Shown here in pieces: positions 42,267 to 50,222 of a stretch of DNA of 64,000 bases. The notes under the pieces are model-generated. The model was given only the letters and a program-made list of their open reading frames with translations. It ran no database searches and had not been told where the DNA came from. The first letter of the stretch is position 1; the number at the start of each line of letters is the position of its first letter. The DNA lies in NCBI GenBank assembly GCA_963817895.1, contig CAWFQB010000001.1, positions 1,056,001 to 1,120,000 of the forward strand, written 5' to 3'. The stretch comes from an uncultured Chthonomonadaceae bacterium. Lineage in GTDB: Bacteria; Armatimonadota; Chthonomonadetes; Chthonomonadales; Chthonomonadaceae. The translations under genes and the position numbers were made by a program.

Positions 42267-43601
42267 ATGCTTCTCGGAACCCAACAAATCAACGAACAGG
42301 GCCATCTTGAAATCGGCGGCTGCGATACTGTAGAACTGGCGGCGCAATTTGGAACGCCCCTCTATCTGATGGACGAGGCCGCCATTCGCGCGAATTGCCG
42401 CAATTATAAAGCCGCGTTCGATGCGCGTTACCCGTCCAACGAAATCTGCTACGCCAGCAAAGCCTTTCTGACAATGGCAATGGCGCGACTGATTGCGCAG
42501 GAGGGCCTGAGCATGGACGTGGCCTCGCTTGGCGAATTGTATACCGCGTTACAGGCAGGCTTTCCCGCCAATCGCCTGTCCCTGCACGGCAACAACAAGT
42601 CCCGCGAGGAACTGGAACTGGCCGTCGAGCATGGCATCGGACACGTCATTGTGGACAATTTCCACGAGATCGCACTGCTTGGCGAAATCGTGAAGGAGAA
42701 GCGGGCGGAAATCAGTGTTCTGGTTCGCGCCGCGCCCGGCGTGGACCCGCACACCCACCGTTTGATTCGCACGGGGCAGGCCGACACCAAATTCGGCTTC
42801 AACATCACGGACGGACGCGCCCTGCAAGCCGTGAAGCAGGTACTCGCCACGCCTAACCTGCGCTTCAAGGGAATTCACTGCCATATCGGGTCACAACTGC
42901 TGGACGCCGATACCCACGCCGAAGCAGCAGAAATCATGGTTCGTCTGATGGAAACCATAGTACGCGAAACCGGGGCAACGGTCGAAGAACTCAACATCGG
43001 CGGCGGGTTGGGAGTCCGGTACTTGTCCCACCACGAGCCGCCTTCGTATGAAGCGTTCGCGGACAAGATCGTCGCGCCCCTGAAAGCCGCGCTGGACGCG
43101 CATGGCCTGCCCTATCCGAAACTGCTACAGGAGCCGGGGCGCGCGCTTGTGGGCGAAGCGGGAACCACGCTGTACACCATCGGCGCTATCAAAACCGTGC
43201 CGATTGTGGAAGAACCCGGAACCCGTTCGTATGTCAGCATTGACGGCGGATTGTCCGACAACCCGCGCCCGCAGTTGTACGAGGCGGTTTACGAGTGTAT
43301 GCTCGCCAACAAAGCCGACCGTCCCGCAGATGATGTTGTCACCATTGCCGGCAAGCACTGCGAAACCGACATTATGATCTGGAATACCAGAGTGGCGACT
43401 CCCACAACCGGCGACCTGCTGGCCGTGCAGACAACCGGCGCGTACAACTTCGTCATGGCAAGCAACTACAACCGTTTCCGACGTCCGGCTGTGGTGCTTG
43501 TTGCGGACGGACAGGCAGACATCATCGTAGAACGCCAAACGCTTGAAGACCTGATACGCGGCGAACGCATCCCCGACCGCCTGTGCCAGCCACAAGCGTA
43601 G
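42267..43601 (+). CDS. lysA: Diaminopimelate decarboxylase
   Basis: YASKAF PLP lysine, HGNNKS, HCHIGSQ, EPGR, GKHCE, GAYNFVMASNYN. Confidence 0.96.
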   Translation: MLLGTQQINEQGHLEIGGCDTVELAAQFGTPLYLMDEAAIRANCRNYKAAFDARYPSNEICYASKAFLTMAMARLIAQEGLSMDVASLGELYTALQAGFPANRLSLHGNNKSREELELAVEHGIGHVIVDNFHEIALLGEIVKEKRAEISVLVRAAPGVDPHTHRLIRTGQADTKFGFNITDGRALQAVKQVLATPNLRFKGIHCHIGSQLLDADTHAEAAEIMVRLMETIVRETGATVEELNIGGGLGVRYLSHHEPPSYEAFADKIVAPLKAALDAHGLPYPKLLQEPGRALVGEAGTTLYTIGAIKTVPIVEEPGTRSYVSIDGGLSDNPRPQLYEAVYECMLANKADRPADDVVTIAGKHCETDIMIWNTRVATPTTGDLLAVQTTGAYNFVMASNYNRFRRPAVVLVADGQADIIVERQTLEDLIRGERIPDRLCQPQA

Positions 43602-43719
43602 GAAAGAATACGGTAGACGGTAGACAGTAGCAATTCCTGTCTGTTCAAAATTTTGCGCGACAGTAACAGTTGACAAACAGAAAGCTACTGTCTACCGTCT
43701 ACCGTCTACTGAATTTAAC

Positions 43720-44454
43720 ATGAACTTAGAAATATTCACCAATCCCCGGTTTTTCATTGTGCAGATGCTCATCATTTTCGGGAGCATCACGCTGCATGAG
43801 TTCGGACACGCCTTTGCCGCCGATTGGCAGGGCGATGACACGCCGCGCCGACAGGGACGGCTGACATTATGGCCGGACAAGCATCTGGAACCGCTCGGTT
43901 CGCTGATGATTGTGATTACGTCCATTTTGGGCCGGGGCATCGGCTGGGGGCGGGCGGTAGAGTTCAATCCGTTCGGCTTGAAGCATCCGCGTCGCGGCCT
44001 GTTCATCGTGGCCGCGTTCGGCCCGCTGATGAACCTGTTGCTGGCGGTTGTGGCCGCGATTATCTGGCGCGTTTCCCTGACCACGCACAATCTCGACTGG
44101 CTGCTCACGGATCGCAGCTACGTTTCCGACTACAAAAGCCTGATGTACGGCCTGGACGCAGCCGCTTATGACGGGCATCTGACCACAACCGGCCTGTTTC
44201 TGTGGGAGTGTCTATATCTCAATTTGATGCTGATGTTCTTCAACCTGATTCCGCTGCACCCGCTGGACGGCTCAAAAATTACCAGCAGTCTGCTGCCCCT
44301 CGACGCGGCAATCGCTTACGACCGATTTGTCGGGCAATACGGGCCGATGCTGTTGATTGCGCTGGCTGTCATGGTTCCCAAAGCCCTGTGGACGGTTCTC
44401 AGCCCTCTCATCAACGCGGCCTGTACCCTGTTGCTCGGCCATCCGATAGTTTAG
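43720..44454 (+). CDS. Site-2 protease (M50 family)
   Basis: HEFGH, GDDTP, AFGPLMN, FNLIPLHPLDGSK. Confidence 0.9.
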   Translation: MNLEIFTNPRFFIVQMLIIFGSITLHEFGHAFAADWQGDDTPRRQGRLTLWPDKHLEPLGSLMIVITSILGRGIGWGRAVEFNPFGLKHPRRGLFIVAAFGPLMNLLLAVVAAIIWRVSLTTHNLDWLLTDRSYVSDYKSLMYGLDAAAYDGHLTTTGLFLWECLYLNLMLMFFNLIPLHPLDGSKITSSLLPLDAAIAYDRFVGQYGPMLLIALAVMVPKALWTVLSPLINAACTLLLGHPIV

Positions 44455-44546
44455 GATTTGGCCGCGAATGTACGCGAATACACGCGAATGGGATGCAACT
44501 TAATTCAGGGAAGGTTTGTCTTCAACTTATTAAATGCTCTTTGTCT

Positions 44547-44645
44547 TGAACCATGATTTTACATGATTAGGATGATTAACATGATGAACTGTCCTCCTCA
44601 ATCATGGTAATCACCAAAGTCATGCCTGATCATGGTTTGAGACAG
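44547..44645. repeat. Intergenic inverted-repeat element (CATGAT-rich family)
   Basis: TTGAACCATGATTTT...ATCATGGTTTGAGACA; similar copy at 61762-61858. Confidence 0.6.
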
Positions 44646-44668
44646 TTTTTGAAAAGGATTTTCACGGA

Positions 44669-45727
44669 ATGATCGCCACGCCACCAACCCACAGCGCGAC
44701 AAATGAAACGCTTGCAACTGTTCGCAAGCGCCTGCTCAGTGGGATGCAGCCGACGGGAACCGGCGCATTGCACCTGGGCAACCTGGAAGGCGCGTTACGC
44801 GCCTGGGTGCGCTTGCAGGACGAGTACGAGATGTTCTGCTGCATCGTGGACTGGCACGCGCTGACGACGATGTACGACAAGACCGAACTGATCGGCCCCG
44901 CCTGCCGCGAAGTGGCGGCGGACTACATCGCGGCGGGACTGGACCCGCAGAAATGCGCCATTTTCCTACAGAGCCACGTCAAGGAACATGCGGAACTGCA
45001 TCTGCTGCTTTCGATGATTACGCCGCTCGGCTGGCTGGAGCGCGTCCCCACCTTCAAGGAGAAGCGCGACCTGATGGCGGAACGGACGGGCGGGGCCGGG
45101 GATGAGAGCATCTCGTATGGACTGCTCGGTTATCCGTGTTTGCAGGCGGCGGATATTCTCGTATATCGCGCCAACGCGGTTCCGGTTGGCAAAGATCAGG
45201 CCGCGCATCTGGAAATCAGCCGCGAAATCGCTCGCCGTTTCAACCACCTGTACGCGCCCGTTTTCCCCGAACCCCAATCCCTGATTAACGAGACAACGGG
45301 TGTGGTTCCGGGCATGGACGGGCGCAAAATGAGCAAGTCGTATGGCAACGCCATTTACATCGCGGACTCGCCTGAAACGGTTGCCGACAAGATCAAGAAC
45401 AGCTTCACCACCCCCACCAAAATCCGCAAGGCCGATCCCGGCGTTCCCGAAAACTGCGTGGTCTGCCAACTGCGCCGCATCTACGACCCGGAAAACTACT
45501 CGCCCTCGTGGGAAGAAGACCGGGCCGGAACGCGCGGCTGTATGCAGAACAAAAAGGAACTCACGGAAATTCTCAACGCCGCACTCGAACCCATGCGCCA
45601 ACGCCGAACAGAACTGCTTGCCGACCCCGCCGAACTCGACCGCCTTTTGGAAGACGGAGCCAACCGCGCCCGCCACGCCGCCGCCGAAACCCTGTCATTA
45701 GTAAGGCAGGCCATGCATCTGAGTTAA
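44669..45727 (+). CDS. trpS: Tryptophan--tRNA ligase
   Basis: SGMQPTG, HLGN, YPCLQAADIL, VPVGKDQ, KMSKS. Confidence 0.96.
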   Translation: MIATPPTHSATNETLATVRKRLLSGMQPTGTGALHLGNLEGALRAWVRLQDEYEMFCCIVDWHALTTMYDKTELIGPACREVAADYIAAGLDPQKCAIFLQSHVKEHAELHLLLSMITPLGWLERVPTFKEKRDLMAERTGGAGDESISYGLLGYPCLQAADILVYRANAVPVGKDQAAHLEISREIARRFNHLYAPVFPEPQSLINETTGVVPGMDGRKMSKSYGNAIYIADSPETVADKIKNSFTTPTKIRKADPGVPENCVVCQLRRIYDPENYSPSWEEDRAGTRGCMQNKKELTEILNAALEPMRQRRTELLADPAELDRLLEDGANRARHAAAETLSLVRQAMHLS

Positions 45728-45751
45728 TAACGAGCCGGCAAAGGAGCAGAG

Positions 45752-46486
45752 TTGACAACTAATCCAACACTACTTGAGGTTCGCGGCAGCCGTCTTCGCT
45801 GTCTCTTATTGACCGGGCTGACTCGCAACGTCACCGCGAGAACGCTGACGGACCTGACGGATGGTAACGCGCTCGTGACGCAGGACGACGAATGGATGCC
45901 GGATGGCATCTTGAAGATGGACGAGGCGAAAGTTCACGAAAACTTTCCGTTGCTGGATGATGCGCAAAAACAGCATTTGTTGGATTGGTGGCTTCATACG
46001 CAACCCCATGCAAACACGCCGAATTGGGACATTGTGAGTACCTGTACCATCGAACAAAAACGGGGACTGCTGCTTGTGGAAGCGAAAGCGCACAAGAATG
46101 AATTATCCAGCAGTGGCAAACCAACAGGGAATCAGGCGAACCATGATTGGATTGAACGCGCTATTGAGGAAGCCAACACAAATCTGAACGCGGTACTTGA
46201 CGGATGGAAACTACAGCGAGACAAGAGCTATCAACTTGCAAACCGATTCGCGTGGGCATGGAAACTGGCGAGTATGGGGATACCGGTCGTTCTTGTTTAT
46301 CTTGGGTTCCGCAATGCCGAAGAGATGGGCAAGGGCATGTTTGTTACGCATGGCGACTGGAAGACCTGTGTTCTCGATCATGCCAGACCGTTTGTTCCAC
46401 AGAGCGCGTGGGGACAACGACTGGATATTGAAGGCGTACCGCTGTTTCCGCTGATCCGTTCGCTGGAACTTGACTTTCATCTTTAA
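45752..46486 (+). CDS. Hypothetical protein, PD-(D/E)xK nuclease-like
   Basis: PNWDIV...LVEAKAH motif and YQLANR helix. Confidence 0.55.
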   Translation: MTTNPTLLEVRGSRLRCLLLTGLTRNVTARTLTDLTDGNALVTQDDEWMPDGILKMDEAKVHENFPLLDDAQKQHLLDWWLHTQPHANTPNWDIVSTCTIEQKRGLLLVEAKAHKNELSSSGKPTGNQANHDWIERAIEEANTNLNAVLDGWKLQRDKSYQLANRFAWAWKLASMGIPVVLVYLGFRNAEEMGKGMFVTHGDWKTCVLDHARPFVPQSAWGQRLDIEGVPLFPLIRSLELDFHL

Positions 46487-46666
46487 TAACTTGTTCGCTC
46501 ATCATAGCGCGTGACCGCAGGTAAGTTCCATCGGCGTGAACCAGGGTGTGATATATAATGGTGTTCAGAAAATCGTTCCAGAACGAGGTAAAGTGAAAAG
46601 TCCTGCGGCGTAGCCGGTGTGCAGAACACACCGGCAACACCGCAGAACAGGAACACAGGTCGAGAG

Positions 46667-47062
46667 TTACTTGTTGTCCTTACCCGGCTCAAAGGTACCG
46701 GCGGCATCGGGATCGGGCGTACACGACACCAGGAAGGAGCCGGCAACGCTTCCGGCAGCAATCACGTAGGTTTCGCCGCTGGGGCCGATGGGCGGGGTTT
46801 GCAGGTCCGGCTCATTGGCCGTGCTGACCGCCCCGTAGTACTTCGAGTAGTCCGCTGGCCGGTCTTTGACATAGGCGGCCTGCACCGCGTTGGCAACGGT
46901 TTGCATGTTGGCGCGGTTGGTCTTGATGCGGCTGTCTTTGACCGCGCTGAGGTACAGCGGGAGGGCAACCGCCATCAGGATGGACAGGATCAGGGTGACA
47001 ACGAGCAGTTCGACGAGCGTGAAGCCGCTGACCTGGCGGCGAACGGAGGATGTGTGAACCAT
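46667..47062 (-). CDS. Type IV pilin-like protein (prepilin N-terminal methylation motif)
   Basis: G|FTLVELLVVTLILSILMAVALP cleavage motif; AAGGAG RBS. Confidence 0.88.
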   Translation of the reverse strand: MVHTSSVRRQVSGFTLVELLVVTLILSILMAVALPLYLSAVKDSRIKTNRANMQTVANAVQAAYVKDRPADYSKYYGAVSTANEPDLQTPPIGPSGETYVIAAGSVAGSFLVSCTPDPDAAGTFEPGKDNK

Positions 47063-47551
47063 GGTGCTGAACTCCTTAAGTCCGTGTGTGCCGGCTGCAA
47101 GGCCGGGTTGATTAGCGTGTGTGTGCTTGGGTAGGGCGTTCAGAACAGGGCTTTCAGATAAGCCTGCGCAAAACGCCGGTGTGAGACAATCGCGCAAAGG
47201 CGGAAGAGATACTGCCGCTGTGCGCCTTACGATTCGATTGCGCAAATGCAGCGCAACGAGGCCGCATTCTTTTCAGCTTCGGGGCCGAGGCTGCGCGGTC
47301 AGGCTGCCGGATGGAGGAACCTGAACGCGGCGGGGTTTCTCCCACAACACCGGGGTACGCGCTTAATGACGCGACACCGGCAGGGGAGAAGATTAGTATA
47401 AGCTTCGTTTGTCATTATACATCTAGATCGGCAGTGCGTCAATAGAAAAATAGCTGACAAAACACACTGGAAATATTTCTATCCGCCGTTTTGATGTGAA
47501 CATACCCTGAGTACTTCAGTTGAGAGTGCAAAGTTTTGGCGGGAACAGCAA

Positions 47552-47611
47552 AACGCCTGAGTCGCCATACTCTCCTGCGTTCAGGCACGGGAGTATAGCG
47601 ACTCAGGCGTT
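47552..47611 (-). terminator. Terminator hairpin behind the displaced tRNA-Val 3' end
   Basis: AACGCCTGAGTCGC.ATACTC...GAGTAT.GCGACTCAGGCGTT hairpin followed by TTTT on the minus strand. Confidence 0.7.
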
Positions 47612-47620
47612 GTAAACGGA

Positions 47621-47715
47621 TGGGCAGTACTGGATTCGAACCAGTGACCTCTTCGGTGTGAACGAAGCGTTGCTCCGCAGCGTCTAACGACGCGCTTCGC
47701 AGGAGCCAACCGCCC
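47621..47715 (-). other. att site: tRNA-Val-like copy with an expanded D-arm
   Basis: 47644-47669 is identical to 58796-58821; acceptor stem intact; 10 nt of the D-arm replaced by 33 nt. Confidence 0.85.
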
Positions 47716-47799
47716 GACAGAATTTCCTTCCTCTCCTCACAAATACAGCGCTTCGTGTGTCTGTTTATCCTCCTCAATCCAACGATGAGGATGGACACA

Positions 47800-48798
47800 A
47801 TGGCAAAGACAACGCTTCGTTCTTCGACTTCGCACAGCGCTTCGTGCGACCTTAGCCTCAGCGACCTGAAACGCTACGGGGACGCCTGGTTACAGGACAG
47901 CAAGTATCGGCAACTGTCCGAACAAACCCGCTACAATCGCGGCCTGCTTATCGAGAAACTGCAATGGTGGCTGCAACAGCAGAAATGCGCCGTCTGTGGT
48001 ACGCTGGAAATCAAGCAATTCTTGGCCTATGTGGGCAATGGACACAACGAGCAAGGCGGCAGGTGGGGAAATGCCCAACTCACTCGCGCCGTGAGGCCTC
48101 GCACGGTCAAGGACTATCACGGCAACCTACGCACCTTCTTCAAGTATCTGGTGGAGGAAGGCTATCTGGACGTTTCGCCAATGGAGAACGTCAAGCCGCC
48201 TGTCTCTCGCGCTGACCAGATTGTACCCTTCACACAAGAGCAGGTCAACGCCCTGCTACAAGCGGCAAAGACCGGCAATGCTCCCCTGCGCGATGAGGCG
48301 CTGATTCTGTTCCTGATGGATGGCGGCGTCCGTGCCAGCGAGCTATGCAGCCTCACCATGCAGGATATAGACGTGGTAGGCAAGCGGGCTACGGTGCTAG
48401 GCAAGGGGAACAAACATCGAACCGTGTACTTCGGGCGCGACACTTCCCGCGCTGTGATGCGCTATCTCAAAACAGAGGAACGCAAGCCCTCCGATCCGGT
48501 TTTTAAGTCCGAACGGGGAGAGGCGCTTACCCGGTCTGGTTTGCTCCAACTGATCCACAGGCTCGGACGTGCCGCCAAGATCGAAGCAACGCGCTGCTCA
48601 CCCCACACCTTCCGCCATACCTTTGCCGTCGAGTTCCTACGGGGAGGGGGACAGGTCTTCGCGCTCCAGCAAATCCTCGGACATACTCAACTTGGCATGA
48701 CACAGAAGTACGTCGCCATTGCTCAGGCTGACGTCCAGAACCAACACCTGCAATTCTCTCCCGTCGAGCGCCTACGGAACAAGGGAGGGCGCAAATGA
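47800..48798 (+). CDS. Tyrosine recombinase / integrase
   Basis: R (GVRASE), K (GKGNK), HxxR (HTFRH), H (LGH), Y (QKYV); adjacent to att site. Confidence 0.95.
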   Translation: MAKTTLRSSTSHSASCDLSLSDLKRYGDAWLQDSKYRQLSEQTRYNRGLLIEKLQWWLQQQKCAVCGTLEIKQFLAYVGNGHNEQGGRWGNAQLTRAVRPRTVKDYHGNLRTFFKYLVEEGYLDVSPMENVKPPVSRADQIVPFTQEQVNALLQAAKTGNAPLRDEALILFLMDGGVRASELCSLTMQDIDVVGKRATVLGKGNKHRTVYFGRDTSRAVMRYLKTEERKPSDPVFKSERGEALTRSGLLQLIHRLGRAAKIEATRCSPHTFRHTFAVEFLRGGGQVFALQQILGHTQLGMTQKYVAIAQADVQNQHLQFSPVERLRNKGGRK

Positions 48799-48923
48799 GC
48801 ATCCAGCGCTACAAGTCCGGGCGCTACTGGGCTGTCTACGATGAACACGGAGAGATGATCTGCCTGTGCGTATACAAGAAGGGCGCATTAGAGGTCGTAA
48901 GAAGGTTATTAGGCTGTGATTAG
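48795..48923 (+). CDS. Small 42-aa protein coupled to the integrase
   Basis: MSIQRYKSGRYWAVYDEHGEMICLCVYKKGALEVVRRLLGCD*; ATGA overlap with the int stop, GGAGG RBS; below the ORF-track cutoff. Confidence 0.65.
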   Translation: MSIQRYKSGRYWAVYDEHGEMICLCVYKKGALEVVRRLLGCD

Positions 48924-48998
48924 AGGAGATTTATATCAAGCTTACTGTTGGTAGACAAACTAAGGCGTGTGATATCTATACGCCTCATGACAATTGTA

Positions 48999-49028
48999 TT
49001 GACATGAGTATGAGGAGTGTGCTAATCT
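48999..49028 (+). promoter_or_regulatory. sigma70 promoter upstream of the structured RNA / cargo operon
   Basis: TTGACA-18 nt-TAATCT with an extended TGn element. Confidence 0.65.
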
Positions 49029-49046
49029 TTCTTTACTCTATCTATT

Positions 49047-49344
49047 AGAGGATTTAGAATAAGTGCCGACGCGGTCAGTGTTTGTCCTGTGCGGAGTAGT
49101 TTCGGTTACTATCAGAGGCTGATTCCATTCTCTGAAAAGCCTTGAAGACACTAGGATGGACTTATTCTAAAGCCTCTTAGGACTTACGCGGTTGTTGCTC
49201 ACTGTTTAGCTTTTTCGAGATAGAAGCGTTTTGGCAAAGCTGTGAACATCTGTTATTTTGTGCCTCTCACAGGTGTGCAAACAGTTCCAAAGCAAGGCTG
49301 ATGAGATTGCGCCCCTATGGTGAGCAGCAATTGCGTAAGTCCTA
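49047..49344 (+). ncRNA. Putative structured non-coding RNA with two multibranch domains
   Basis: Stem 49047-49064/49160-49177 (17 of 18 pairs) and stem 49178-49205/49317-49344 (28 pairs including G-U), each enclosing internal hairpins; no ORF of 60 aa or more. Confidence 0.72.
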
Positions 49345-49397
49345 TCTATATCAGCGTATATACTACCAGCTTGATACCAGCGTAAGGAGCCGTTAAC

Positions 49398-50222
49398 TTG
49401 AGTGATCTTCCTACCATAACAACTTACGACGCATGGGTGTTAAAAGAATTAGATATAGATCTAACCTTAGATACCCAAATAAGGCAATACGACAACGATA
49501 TTGTAACAGCTAAATCAACTGTGACGAGTCACCCGTTTTTTCAAAATTTAGCTGGTTTTGTTGAAGATTGTTGTATGGATTACAAAGATCAAGTAGGGGC
49601 AGACTTGCTCATGAACAAATTTGAACTATCAATTGTTTCTAAAACATATAAATCATCTATCAACAAAAGTTACCGAATGAACATTGTCCTCAATAAAAAT
49701 CTTCCTGGCCCTCCATCTTCTGGATGGATATCGCCCGAAAACTGGTACGAGGAACTCAACGATCTATTACGAACTCGAATAACCTGTAAGTTTATTGATG
49801 GTCCTCAATATTTATCAAATCGGCTAACCGAATATGCAGCAACGCATGGATTGGACTTAAATTTTAGGTCTCAGCAGAAAGACGGTGGCTACTATGCTTA
49901 CCACTGCTATGTCCATATTGATGTACCACTGCTAAAACATTCTGCGACTGGCCGTGTTGTATATGACGTAAAAATGTCTGTTGAAATCCAGTTAACAACG
50001 CAACTTCAAGAAGTTCTTTATGATCTTACCCATCCGATATACGAAGCGTTGAGAGTCAAACCCGAGCAGGATCCATCTGCATGGAAATGGGATTACAAGT
50101 CAGATAGATTCAAATCTGGTTATATGGGACATACTCTTCATATGCTAGAAGCAATTATTCTGGAAATCAGAGATAACAACATTACTTCGGCTAAGGTTCA
50201 GGAGAACGAAGATGTCAAATAA
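49398..50222 (+). CDS. RelA/SpoT-like (small alarmone synthetase-like) nucleotidyltransferase
   Basis: SKTYKSSINK, NDLLRTRI, GYYAYH, VEIQLTTQLQ correspond to SYN motifs 1-4; TTG start with TAAGGAG RBS. Confidence 0.72.
   Translation: MSDLPTITTYDAWVLKELDIDLTLDTQIRQYDNDIVTAKSTVTSHPFFQNLAGFVEDCCMDYKDQVGADLLMNKFELSIVSKTYKSSINKSYRMNIVLNKNLPGPPSSGWISPENWYEELNDLLRTRITCKFIDGPQYLSNRLTEYAATHGLDLNFRSQQKDGGYYAYHCYVHIDVPLLKHSATGRVVYDVKMSVEIQLTTQLQEVLYDLTHPIYEALRVKPEQDPSAWKWDYKSDRFKSGYMGHTLHMLEAIILEIRDNNITSAKVQENEDVK

Noticed and set aside
47063..47550. c-di-GMP or other riboswitch upstream of the pilin-like gene
   Set aside because: Long leader with some hairpins but no recognisable GEMM consensus on the minus strand
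49047..49344. Retron msr-msd or DRT ncRNA
   Set aside because: No reverse transcriptase (no YADD-type motif) in the element, and the two stems are adjacent rather than one a1/a2 pair enclosing the whole RNA
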